A stretch of 64,000 nt of DNA. Source: Terriglobales bacterium. GTDB taxonomy: Bacteria > Acidobacteriota > Terriglobia > Terriglobales > Acidobacteriaceae. The notes under the pieces are model-generated. The model worked only from the letters and a program-made list of their open reading frames with translations. It did no database searches and was not told the origin of the DNA. Of this stretch, positions 17,017-25,598 are shown one piece after another (position 1 is the first letter of the stretch; each line of letters begins with the position of its first letter). The translations under genes were made by a program, and so were the position numbers. The stretch lies in NCBI GenBank assembly GCA_051006995.1, contig JBPCSQ010000022.1, forward strand, positions 8,047-72,046, read 5' to 3'.

Positions 17017-18066
17017 GTGAACAGACAGATGACAGCAGCCGTCCTTTATGGCAAAGAGGACGTAAAAATTGAAAAGGTGCCGATCCCGCGTGTCGGACAC
17101 GGCGAAGTTCTGATCAAGGTTCAGGTCGCCCTGACCTGCGGTACCGACTTGAAGGTTTATCAGCGTGGTTATCACGCGCGAATGATCGTGCCCCCGGCCC
17201 TGTTCGGGCACGAACTGGCCGGTACCATCGAAGAGGTCGGACCCGGCGTTCGCTTCTTCCGCACCGGCATGCGCGTGGTGGCGCTGAACTCGGCGCCCTG
17301 CCAAATGTGCTTTTATTGCTCCAAGCACCAGGAGAACCTCTGCGAGGACTTGCTGTTCAACAACGGCGCCTACGCCGAGTACATTAAGATTCCGCGGCGG
17401 ATCGTGGAAAGCAACATGCTCGCCGTGCCGGCGAACGTGAGCTACGAGGAAGCGGCGATGGTGGAACCGCTGGCCTGCGTGCTGCGCGGCCTGCATGAAA
17501 CCAACGTCGAGATCGGCGACACGGTGGTGGTAATCGGCGGAGGCCCGATCGGGCTGATGTTCGTGCAGGTGGCAAAGTTGACCGGCTGCAACGTAATCTC
17601 GGTGGCCAAGCGGGATTCCCAGGTGGCGGCCGCCAAGAAGCTTGGCGCTGACGAGATCGTGCAGATTACCCAGGTCCAGGATGCGGTGGACGCGGTACGG
17701 GCGCTGACGCCCGACCGGCGCGGCGCCGACGTCGTGGTCGAGGCCGTAGGTCGTCCCGAGGCGTGGGAGTGGGCCATTGACATGGTTCGCAAGGGCGGCA
17801 CGGTGAACTTTTTCGGCGGCTGCGCGAGTGGTACCACGGTCGCGCTGGACACGAACCGCCTGCACTATTCCGAAATTACGCTCAAGGCGACGTTCCATCA
17901 CACGCCAGAGACGGTACGCAAGGCGTTTGCGTTGATCGCGGAGCGCAAGATTCGCGGCGCCGACTACATCACCGGGGAAGCACCCCTGTCGCGGCTGCAG
18001 CACGTTCTGCGGCACATGCTGAACCGGAATGGCGACATCAAGACCGCCATCATTCCGGGACACTGA
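17017..18066 (+). CDS. Zn-dependent medium-chain dehydrogenase (polyol/threonine dehydrogenase type), copy 2
   Basis: It has LTCGTDLK, GHE, the structural Zn motif CQMCFYCSKHQENLC, and the VIGGGPIG Rossmann motif. The start is GTG 17017 or ATG 17029. Confidence 0.8.
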   Translation: MNRQMTAAVLYGKEDVKIEKVPIPRVGHGEVLIKVQVALTCGTDLKVYQRGYHARMIVPPALFGHELAGTIEEVGPGVRFFRTGMRVVALNSAPCQMCFYCSKHQENLCEDLLFNNGAYAEYIKIPRRIVESNMLAVPANVSYEEAAMVEPLACVLRGLHETNVEIGDTVVVIGGGPIGLMFVQVAKLTGCNVISVAKRDSQVAAAKKLGADEIVQITQVQDAVDAVRALTPDRRGADVVVEAVGRPEAWEWAIDMVRKGGTVNFFGGCASGTTVALDTNRLHYSEITLKATFHHTPETVRKAFALIAERKIRGADYITGEAPLSRLQHVLRHMLNRNGDIKTAIIPGH

Positions 18067-18070
18067 AATA

Positions 18071-18104
18071 CAGGCTCCAGGCTTCAGGCGCAAGGCTCCA
18101 GGCT
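18071..18104 (+). repeat. Intergenic word repeat, copy 2
   Basis: caggctccaggcttcaggcgcaaggctccaggct, immediately after the stop of the second dehydrogenase gene. Confidence 0.6.
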
Positions 18105-18135
18105 GTTAACCGGGACCTTGCGCCTTCTGTTTTGT
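18087..18135 (+). terminator. Putative terminator built from the word-repeat element
   Basis: GGCGCAAGG (18087-18095) pairs with CCTTGCGCC (18116-18124), followed by TTCTGTTTTGT. The 20-nt loop is large, so this is tentative. Confidence 0.4.
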
Positions 18136-18163
18136 CCTGTGCCGCTGTGGTTAAATTGACCTG

Positions 18164-19090
18164 TTGACCGCTCCCCCCAACTCGGTGCCGTTCGCGGGAC
18201 TGCCGCCGGAGTACGCCATTCCGGCCCAGGCGCCGTCGCTAACAGAGGCACGCGCCTACTGCGAGCGCCTGGCGCGCAGCCATTACGAAAACTTCTCGGT
18301 GGCGACGTGGTTCCTGCCGAAGCGGCTGCGGCCGCACTTTTCCAGTGTGTACGCCTACTGCCGGATTTCCGACGATCTCGGTGATGAAGTCGGCGATCCG
18401 AAGGAATCGTTAAGGTTGCTGGATGAATGGGAAGTCGAGCTCAACGCCTGCTATGACGGGGCGCCCCGGCATCCGGTTTTCGTCGCGTTGCGCGAGACCG
18501 TACGCGCGTGCCAGATTCCGAAGCAGCCGTTCGCCGATCTGCTGAAGGCCTTCCGGCAGGATCAGGCGGCGGGACGGTACCCGACGTTTGAGGACGTTCT
18601 GGCTTACTGCCGATACTCCGCCAACCCGGTGGGGCGGTTGGTGCTGTACGTCTGCGGATATGGTGATGAGGAATGCCAACAGCTTTCCGACTTCACCTGC
18701 ACGGCGCTGCAACTGGCGAACTTCTGGCAGGACGTCTGGCCGGACTTCGGGAAGGGGCGGATCTACATTCCGCTGGACGACCTGCGAAGCCATGGGGTGA
18801 CGGAAGAGGACATAGCGCAACGCCGCTCGACGCAGCAATTTCGGCAGCTGATGAAGTTCGAGGTCGAGCGTGCGCGCGAGTGGTTCGAACGCGGTCTGCC
18901 GCTGGCCAAGAAGGTGGACCCGGAGCTGGCGATTGATATCGAGCTGTTCAGCCGCGGCGGACGGGAGATTCTGAACGCAATCGAGCGGCAGGACTACGAC
19001 GTGCTAACGAGGCGTCCGGTGATTTCCAAGTCACGGAAGCTGATGCTGGTGGCAAGAGCGGCGCTGGGAAAGGTCGGCAGACTGAAATGA
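18164..19090 (+). CDS. hpnC: Squalene synthase-like protein HpnC (hydroxysqualene synthase)
   Basis: It belongs to the trans-isoprenyl diphosphate synthase head-to-head family (YENFSVATWFLP, YAYCRISDDLGDE, QLANFWQDV). It has a TTG start and its stop overlaps the hpnD ATG. Confidence 0.82.
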   Translation: MTAPPNSVPFAGLPPEYAIPAQAPSLTEARAYCERLARSHYENFSVATWFLPKRLRPHFSSVYAYCRISDDLGDEVGDPKESLRLLDEWEVELNACYDGAPRHPVFVALRETVRACQIPKQPFADLLKAFRQDQAAGRYPTFEDVLAYCRYSANPVGRLVLYVCGYGDEECQQLSDFTCTALQLANFWQDVWPDFGKGRIYIPLDDLRSHGVTEEDIAQRRSTQQFRQLMKFEVERAREWFERGLPLAKKVDPELAIDIELFSRGGREILNAIERQDYDVLTRRPVISKSRKLMLVARAALGKVGRLK

Positions 19091-20031
19091 GCGCTGTGAT
19101 TCAGGCCGACCCCGCACGTCCGGCAAACGTCGCCCCGCTGCAACTCCGCACCGCCTATGGTGTCTGCCGGCACATTACGCGCTCGGCCGCGCGAAACTTC
19201 TACTATGCATTCCTGGTGCTGCCCCGGCGCAAGCGCGACGCGCTGAGCGCGGTATACGCGTTCATGCGCCACGCCGACGACCTCAGCGACGATCCCCAGC
19301 TCCCACCCGCGGAGAAACGTGCCAAGCTGGCGGCGTGGCTGGGAGCGCTGCAGGCCGTTACCGGCGGAGAGCCGACCGACGATCCGGTGCTCATGGCCGT
19401 CGCCGACAGCCAGCGGCGTTTCAAGATTCCTCTGGAGCTGCTGGAGAAGCTGGTCTACGGCACGGCCATGGATGTCCAGCTTCCTGACGGGCGGCAACCC
19501 GCAGCCGACAACCCCATCGTCTTGTATGGCACGTTCGACGATCTTTACGGCTACTGCTACCACGTTGCGTCAGTAGTTGGCCTGGCCTGCATTCGCGTCT
19601 TCGGTTACCGCGACTCCGCGGCGGAAAAGCTGGCCGAGCGCTGCGGCGTGGCCTTCCAACTCACCAACATCATCCGCGACCTGAAGGAAGATGCCGCCAT
19701 GGGCCGCGTCTACCTGCCACAGGAAGACCTCGACAAATTTCACATCACGCCCACCATGTTTGCCAACGTTGCGGACCCCTGGGCGTTTCGCCCGCTGCTG
19801 GAGGTGGAAGCGGAACGGGCACGCGAGCTCTACCGTTCCGGACGGGAGTTGATCGCGTACGTGGACGAGGACAGCCGCGCAGCATTGTGGACCCTGGTAG
19901 AAATTTACAGCCGGCTGCTGGAGAAAATCGCGACCACCAACTATGACGTTTTCACACGGCGTGTACGCCTGACCACTAGCGAGAAGCTGCGTATCCTTGC
20001 GAAAGGCCTTTGGCGGCGGATCCGCGAATGA
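19087..20031 (+). CDS. hpnD: Presqualene diphosphate synthase HpnD
   Basis: It is a phytoene/squalene synthase family member (RNFYYAF, YAFMRHADDLSDD, QLTNIIRDLKED). It has ATGA overlaps with both hpnC and hpnE. Confidence 0.85.
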   Translation: MSAVIQADPARPANVAPLQLRTAYGVCRHITRSAARNFYYAFLVLPRRKRDALSAVYAFMRHADDLSDDPQLPPAEKRAKLAAWLGALQAVTGGEPTDDPVLMAVADSQRRFKIPLELLEKLVYGTAMDVQLPDGRQPAADNPIVLYGTFDDLYGYCYHVASVVGLACIRVFGYRDSAAEKLAERCGVAFQLTNIIRDLKEDAAMGRVYLPQEDLDKFHITPTMFANVADPWAFRPLLEVEAERARELYRSGRELIAYVDEDSRAALWTLVEIYSRLLEKIATTNYDVFTRRVRLTTSEKLRILAKGLWRRIRE

Positions 20032-21449
20032 GCGCCGCCGCACGTCCTACGGTTGCCGTGGTGGGCGGCGGGCTGGCGGGTCTGGCGGCAGGTTGCGCGC
20101 TGGCCGATGCCGGGTTTCAGATATCGCTGCTGGAGCGCCGCCCTTATCTTGGCGGGCGCGCCTCGTCCTACCAGCATCCCGGCACCGGGGAAGTGGTGGA
20201 CAACTGCCAGCACGTACTGCTGGGCTGCTGCACCAACCTGATCGATTTGTATCGGCGCATCGGCGCCGAAGACAAGATTCGCTGGTACCGCCGGCTGACA
20301 TTCATCGAGCCCGGCGGGCGCCGCTCGGTCATTGAGCCGGGAATCCTGCCGGCCCCGCTGCACAGCGCCGGGTCTTTCATAGCCGCAGCATTCTTGTCGT
20401 TGCCGGACAAGCTGGCGATCGCGCGTGGGATGCTGTCGCTCCTAGGCGGCCTGCCCGCCGACCTTGACCCGCCCTTCCTGCACTGGTTGCGAGCGCATGG
20501 CCAAACGCAGGCGGCCATTGACCGCTTCTGGAAGGTCGTGCTGGTGAGTGCGCTGAATGAAGACCTGGAGCGGATGTCGTCACGCTATGCGGCGCAGGTC
20601 TTTCGCGAATCATTCCTGAAATCGGCGGAGGCGGGAAGGCTGGGAATTCCCGCTGTGCCGCTGTCGGAGCTCTACGGGATCGCAGGTGACCACATCCGCA
20701 CGCACGGCGGCGAGGTGCAGCTGCGGGCCACAGTGGAATCTGTTCGGGTGCGCAAAGAGGACGCGACGTTGTGCATCGGCGGAAACGAGAAGGTCTTTGA
20801 TTACGTGGTGCTGGCCGTGCCGTTCCAGGGACTGGCATCCATGCTGCCGCCTGACCACGAAGCTGCGCCCCTGCGCTCGGCCCTGGAGCAGTTCGAAACA
20901 TCCCCGATTACCGGAATTCATTTGTGGTTCGACCGCCAGGTTACCGACCTGGATCATGCCGTGCTGCTGGACCGCACCATCCAGTGGATGTTCCACAAAA
21001 GCAGTTTCCAGAGTGCTGATGGGGAGCGAGGTACCGGAAACCAGAAACCAGAAGCCAGGAACTCGTATATCGAGCTGGTGGTCAGCTCCTCAAAAAACCT
21101 TGTGGATATGCCGAAGCAGGAGATCGTCGATCTCGCAATGGGCGAGTTGCAGGAATTTCTGCCCAAGGTGGCAAACGCGCAGTTGCTGAAGTCCACGGTG
21201 ATCAAGGAAGTGAACGCGACATACGCGCCGCTGCCGGGCACGGATGCATACCGAGCGGCGAGCCGGTCTCCTTGGCCGCGCGTGTTCCTGGCCGGCGATT
21301 GGACTGCGACGGGGTGGCCCGCCACCATGGAGGGCGCCGTCCGCAGCGGATATCTTGCAGCCGAGGCGCTTTCCCAAACCGCCGGTACTGCTGCGAAATT
21401 TCTGGTTCCCGATCTAGCGGCACGCGGACTGATGCGCCTGCTCGGCTAA
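20028..21449 (+). CDS. hpnE: Hydroxysqualene dehydroxylase HpnE (FAD-dependent amine-oxidase fold)
   Basis: It has the VAVVGGGLAGLAAG dinucleotide motif and a C-terminal FLAGDWT...ATMEGAVRSG motif. The ATG at 20028 overlaps the hpnD stop. Confidence 0.85.
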   Translation: MSAAARPTVAVVGGGLAGLAAGCALADAGFQISLLERRPYLGGRASSYQHPGTGEVVDNCQHVLLGCCTNLIDLYRRIGAEDKIRWYRRLTFIEPGGRRSVIEPGILPAPLHSAGSFIAAAFLSLPDKLAIARGMLSLLGGLPADLDPPFLHWLRAHGQTQAAIDRFWKVVLVSALNEDLERMSSRYAAQVFRESFLKSAEAGRLGIPAVPLSELYGIAGDHIRTHGGEVQLRATVESVRVRKEDATLCIGGNEKVFDYVVLAVPFQGLASMLPPDHEAAPLRSALEQFETSPITGIHLWFDRQVTDLDHAVLLDRTIQWMFHKSSFQSADGERGTGNQKPEARNSYIELVVSSSKNLVDMPKQEIVDLAMGELQEFLPKVANAQLLKSTVIKEVNATYAPLPGTDAYRAASRSPWPRVFLAGDWTATGWPATMEGAVRSGYLAAEALSQTAGTAAKFLVPDLAARGLMRLLG

Positions 21450-21487
21450 TCCTCCGCCTCGTACTGCTCAACCTATCTCCAACAGGA

Positions 21488-21868
21488 TTAGACGGCGACC
21501 AGGGCGACTCCGCCGGCCACCAGGACTGCGGCTAGCCAGCGTCGCCGGTCCACGCGCTCGTGCAGGAAGATTTTCGCTACAAAAGCGTTTCCGATAAACG
21601 TCAGCGAAGCCGAGGCGGGCGCTACCAGGCTCACGTCGGCCCAGGACAGGGCGAAGAGCAGGGAAAAGAAGGCGACGGCCATGAAGGCAATGCCCACCCA
21701 CAGGGTAGAGTTCGAAACTACCACTTTCACAGTTGCCCACAACCCACGCTGGTGATAGAGGTTAGCGACTTCACCAACTTGTTTCATGGCGAGGGAAGTT
21801 AAGATGTCGCCGGCCACTGCGGCGGCCACGACGGCGAAGATGCTCCCCCAAGTGTAAGCCTCTCTCAC
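21488..21868 (-). CDS. Half-size EamA/DMT-type 4-TM membrane protein (second of a pair)
   Basis: 126 aa with four hydrophobic segments. The GTG start overlaps the stop of the upstream paralogue (GTGA) and AGGAGA lies 6 nt upstream. The track ORF is N-terminally over-extended. Confidence 0.6.
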   Translation of the reverse strand: MREAYTWGSIFAVVAAAVAGDILTSLAMKQVGEVANLYHQRGLWATVKVVVSNSTLWVGIAFMAVAFFSLLFALSWADVSLVAPASASLTFIGNAFVAKIFLHERVDRRRWLAAVLVAGGVALVAV

Positions 21869-22290
21869 GCCGTATCTCCTGCTGGCGGGGCTTGCGAATG
21901 GACGCCGCGCGCGTCCGGTGTCTTGGCGGGACCGGCGGTGACAAATCCCACCCCTACGGCAATGAGCACGATTCCCGCCCAACGCGTCGGGGAGATTTCC
22001 TCATGGAGGAAGAACTTGGCCATCAGCGCCATCAGGATGTAACCGACGGCCGTGGCCGGCAGGACGTAGGTGAGATCGGCGAACGAGAGCGCCGTCAGGT
22101 AGCTGATAAAAAATCCGAGCAGCAGCACAATACCGACCGCCACCCACGGGGTGAAGATGGCGGCAATGGCGCCGGTCCAGTGGCTGAGGGAGAGGGCGCC
22201 CACTTGCTTCATACCGCGCGACAGCGCGACGTCCCCGCAGGCGCCGAACACGACGACGCCCGCCAGGATGGCGATCTTACGGAAGGTCAC
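21865..22290 (-). CDS. Half-size EamA/DMT-type 4-TM membrane protein (first of a pair)
   Basis: 141 aa with four hydrophobic segments and EamA-like sequence (GDVALSRGMKQVG...FLHEEISPTRWAGIVLIAVGV). It starts 9 nt after the radical SAM gene stop. Confidence 0.6.
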   Translation of the reverse strand: MTFRKIAILAGVVVFGACGDVALSRGMKQVGALSLSHWTGAIAAIFTPWVAVGIVLLLGFFISYLTALSFADLTYVLPATAVGYILMALMAKFFLHEEISPTRWAGIVLIAVGVGFVTAGPAKTPDARGVHSQAPPAGDTA

Positions 22291-22299
22291 AGGCTTGTC

Positions 22300-23820
22300 T
22301 CAGGCGTTGATTGGTTCGACCGAGGGCTCCGTTTCCGACTGGGGTTCACCACCCGGCAGGGGAGGCGGAGGCGCAGTGGCCTGCTGCGCGCGCTGTTCTT
22401 TGACGTAGCGGTTGCGGCTGGCGCGCAGCTTCAAGAAGCCCTTGGCCTCTTTGTAAAGGCGTTTGCGTTCCTCGGAGTTGAACACGGCCTTGCGCACGAT
22501 GCGAAACACGGCCCTTGGGCGGAAGTAGTACTCGTCGTAGAAGCGGTGTACCGCCTCCATGATGACGTCGGCCGGGAGTCCGGGGTACTCGATGTGCGCC
22601 AATTGGTGCCCGCCGGCGTCCACCATCGCTTTGTTCGCCAGATAGCCGTTGCGCACCACGAAGTCATACATCTCGGTGCCAGGGTAGGCATGTGCTACCG
22701 AAACCTGAATGGTTTCAACATCCAGTTCCTTGGCGAAATCAATGGTGCGGCGGATGGATTCGCGGGTTTCGCCAGGCAGGCCGAGGATGAAGTCGCCATG
22801 AATCACCAGGCCGAGCTTTTTGCAATCCTTGGTGAACTGGCGGGCGCGCTCGAGGGTGGCGCCTTTCTTGATGTTTTTGAGAATCTGCGCGTCGCCGGAT
22901 TCGTAGCCCACAATGAGCAGCCGGCAGCCGGACTCGCGCATGGCCTTCAGCGTCTCGTAGTCGGTAGTGACGCGCGAAGTGCAGGACCAGGTCAGCTTGA
23001 GCGGCTTCAGCTTCTCGCAAAGCTCGATGGTGCGTGCTTTTTGGATGTTGAATGTATCGTCGTCGAAGAAGAATTCCTTCACGTCCGGCCAGTACTGCTT
23101 GGCTTTGGCCATCTCGCTGGCAACTCGATCGGTCGAGCGCTTTCGCCACGGATGTCCGCTCAGCGTCTGCGGCCACAGGCAGAAGGTGCACTGCGCCGGA
23201 CAGCCGCGCGTGCTGTACAAGGCCACGAATGGATGCTTCAGAAACGGGACGTTGTAGCGGCGGACATCGAGATCGCGCTTGTAAATATCGGTGACATCCG
23301 GCAGAGCATCGAGGTCGCTGACCTGCGGTCCCTCCGGATTGTGAACTACCTTACCGTTCTGGCGATAAGAGACGCCGGGGATCTCCTGCAGCGGCTTGCC
23401 ATTGGCAAAGTCCACCACGGCGTAATCGAACTCGCGCCGGACAATGAAATCAATTTCAGGACATTCGGCGAGCGACTTCTCCGGCAGCACGGTGACATGC
23501 GGTCCGACGAAGGCAATCTTGATGTTGGGATTCGCGCTCTTAATGGCGGCTGCCAGGCGCATGTCGCCGGGAAAACCCGGTGTGCTGGTAAACAGCACCA
23601 GGAAATCGTACTCGCGAGCGATCTCAATGGTCTGGTCGCCGTCAATGTGGTGCGGAGGGGCGTCCAACAGGCGCGAACCCTCCAGCATTCCTGCCGGATA
23701 GGCGAGCCAGACCGGGTACCAGTAGGATTCGATTTCGCGGGTCGCCGGCCAGCGAGAGCTGGCGCCGCCATCAAAGTTCTCGAACGAAGGGGGGTTCAGG
23801 AACAGCGTTCTCAGCGGCAT
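22300..23820 (-). CDS. hpnJ: B12-binding-domain radical SAM protein, HpnJ-like
   Basis: The N-terminus LFLNPPSFENFDGGASSRW...REIESYWYPVWLAYPAG matches my recollection of HpnJ family N-termini. The radical SAM motif is CPAQCTFC. The C-terminal tail is proline-rich. Confidence 0.65.
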   Translation of the reverse strand: MPLRTLFLNPPSFENFDGGASSRWPATREIESYWYPVWLAYPAGMLEGSRLLDAPPHHIDGDQTIEIAREYDFLVLFTSTPGFPGDMRLAAAIKSANPNIKIAFVGPHVTVLPEKSLAECPEIDFIVRREFDYAVVDFANGKPLQEIPGVSYRQNGKVVHNPEGPQVSDLDALPDVTDIYKRDLDVRRYNVPFLKHPFVALYSTRGCPAQCTFCLWPQTLSGHPWRKRSTDRVASEMAKAKQYWPDVKEFFFDDDTFNIQKARTIELCEKLKPLKLTWSCTSRVTTDYETLKAMRESGCRLLIVGYESGDAQILKNIKKGATLERARQFTKDCKKLGLVIHGDFILGLPGETRESIRRTIDFAKELDVETIQVSVAHAYPGTEMYDFVVRNGYLANKAMVDAGGHQLAHIEYPGLPADVIMEAVHRFYDEYYFRPRAVFRIVRKAVFNSEERKRLYKEAKGFLKLRASRNRYVKEQRAQQATAPPPPLPGGEPQSETEPSVEPINA

Positions 23821-24093
23821 GCGATTGATTCGGTTATCCTACCATCCCTCTCTACAATTTTCGGCTGGGCCGGCCAACAAGCAACAAAAAATTGCCCGTG
23901 CGCTTGCGCTGCTGGTACCAACTCAATCTAGGTTAACAGGAAGCCGTTCCCCACCGAAGGCAATCAGGTTCAATGGTAACTTAGATGAGCTGAAAGGCAA
24001 AAGAATTCAGTAGTTTGCGCAGGAAAGTCATCGCGCGAAGCCTTCCGCCGCTCGCTTTTCCGAGAGGCTGGAACCAAAGGCCCGCAGCCGGTT

Positions 24094-25425
24094 TCACGGT
24101 GTTGCCCACCCCTCCAATTGATGCAGCGCGCGGAGTAGCTGCAGCTCGGCTTTCTGCAGCTCAAATGTCATATCCAAATAGGTCGAATACTTGTCGGTGC
24201 TCTGAATGCGGGCCATTTCCAGGTCCTTGGGCCCGGGCGGGGGAGTTGGAGTCTGACCGGGTGCCGCCGGGCTACCGGGCGCGCCAGCCTGAATGCGGGC
24301 CTGGACCGCGTCGGCCTGCTCCTGGGACAGTTGATAATCGAGCTCTGCCACCTGCTGCGCGGCCAGGAGTTGCTTGATGGACCGGGCCAGCTTGATGGTG
24401 TCGTTGGAAACCTGCTGTCGGGTGTTTTCCGCCTGACGCCGCGCCTTGGCGGCTTCGGCGTCGGCGACGTCGGCATGCGCCCGGCCAGCAAAATTCAGCA
24501 CCGGAAAACGGATGGCGACTCCGATGGTCGCATTATTGCTCTGGAAGCGATTGAAGTAGAGATCGTAGTTGTTATAGCGGGTGAACAGGCCGTACTGCGC
24601 GACCGCATCCACGGAAGGAAGCAAGGTGCGGTGCTCGCCGAGGGCGCGCATTGCAACCGCTTGCGCCGTCTGCTCCGCCTGCCTCACCGCGGGATTGGAG
24701 GCCAGCACCGCGGCGACGATGTCGGGCTGCTTGCTGGCATCCGGAATCTCCGGGATGGATTCGGTGACAGTCTCGATCGAGTTGGCCGGCAGGCCGATGA
24801 GTTGCGCCAGGCGCTCGCGCAGCACGGCAGCTGCGCCCTCGGCATCGGCCTGACGCATGAGAACTTGCGCGGCGGCGAGCTTGGCGCGGGTCAGGTCCAT
24901 TTGGGTATCCACCCCGGCCTTCATGCGCTCGGTGACAACATTGACCAGGCGGTCGGCCTCGCTCTGCTGCTGGCTGAGCAGGCGCATGCGGGAGGTGAGC
25001 GTGTCGAGCTGGATGTAGGTGATGACGGCTTCCAGCAAGGTCGCAGCTCGCTGATCGGCAGAGCCGGAGGCGCTGGCCTCCCATTCGCGCTTCGCGGAGC
25101 GGACGAACTCACGCTGCGCCGGGTTGATGAGGTACGACTGGTAGCTGACCTGAAACACCGAGGGCGCCGAGCCCTCGATGCTGAGCGGAAAGCCGAACGT
25201 CTTCGCCAGCCCGGAACCCACTACCAGCGTCGGCAAGAAAGCGTTGCGCGCTTCCAGATAAGCGGCGTGCGCGCGTTCCTGGTCCGCAGCCGCTGTGGAT
25301 GCGGCCCCATGCTGCAACGCCAATTGCATGGCTCGGCGAAAGGGAAGTGGTTCCGACCATCCCGAAGTAACCAGTAAAACCAGCAGGAATACGCAACCCA
25401 GTGATCGCAAGATGAAGGCTTTCAT
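24094..25425 (-). CDS. TolC-family outer membrane efflux protein
   Basis: It has the signal peptide MKAFILRSLGCVFLLVLLVTSGWS and two OEP-type repeats with long helical segments. I moved the start from the track start to the Met with the signal peptide. Confidence 0.8.
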   Translation of the reverse strand: MKAFILRSLGCVFLLVLLVTSGWSEPLPFRRAMQLALQHGAASTAAADQERAHAAYLEARNAFLPTLVVGSGLAKTFGFPLSIEGSAPSVFQVSYQSYLINPAQREFVRSAKREWEASASGSADQRAATLLEAVITYIQLDTLTSRMRLLSQQQSEADRLVNVVTERMKAGVDTQMDLTRAKLAAAQVLMRQADAEGAAAVLRERLAQLIGLPANSIETVTESIPEIPDASKQPDIVAAVLASNPAVRQAEQTAQAVAMRALGEHRTLLPSVDAVAQYGLFTRYNNYDLYFNRFQSNNATIGVAIRFPVLNFAGRAHADVADAEAAKARRQAENTRQQVSNDTIKLARSIKQLLAAQQVAELDYQLSQEQADAVQARIQAGAPGSPAAPGQTPTPPPGPKDLEMARIQSTDKYSTYLDMTFELQKAELQLLRALHQLEGWATP

Positions 25426-25524
25426 GGCAAATACCTTCCCAGTTGGAATCGCAGGCGAGTATAGCAATTGGGTTCAGGGTTCTCGGTGGCCGGATACTCC
25501 AGCGGCAGCGAAGCCCGGTGCGCT

Positions 25525-25560
25525 GTTATGCTTGTGTACAGAGTTATGCTTGTGTACAGA
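25525..25560 (+). repeat. Perfect 2 x 18-bp tandem repeat in divergent promoter region (candidate operator)
   Basis: gttatgcttgtgtacaga occurs twice (25525-25542 and 25543-25560). Each unit contains the palindromic hexamer TGTACA. It lies between the tolC-like (-) and macB-like (+) starts. Confidence 0.85.
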
Positions 25561-25598
25561 GCCGGTCACAACCGACCGACTACCGTGAACCGTTAACC

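Noticed and set aside
21892-23931. 679-aa ORF on the + strand
   Set aside because: It is antisense to the EamA pair and the hpnJ-like gene. It has shadow-frame composition and no motifs.
24090-24097. GGTTTCAC word shared with the 1145-1203 repeats
   Set aside because: This copy overlaps the tolC-like stop codon and shares only 8 nt, so it is most likely coincidental.
25525-25560. Tandem repeat as a mini CRISPR array
   Set aside because: There are only two abutting copies with no spacers, and no cas genes. The promoter location fits an operator better.
25443-25598. N-terminal extensions in the ORF track (for example 25443, 38638, 40029, 45608, 52412, 36054, 42914)
   Set aside because: The extensions overlap upstream genes or intergenic repeats. 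They lack family-typical N-termini. An internal Met/GTG with a signal peptide, a Shine-Dalgarno sequence or a stop-start overlap gives a better model in each case.
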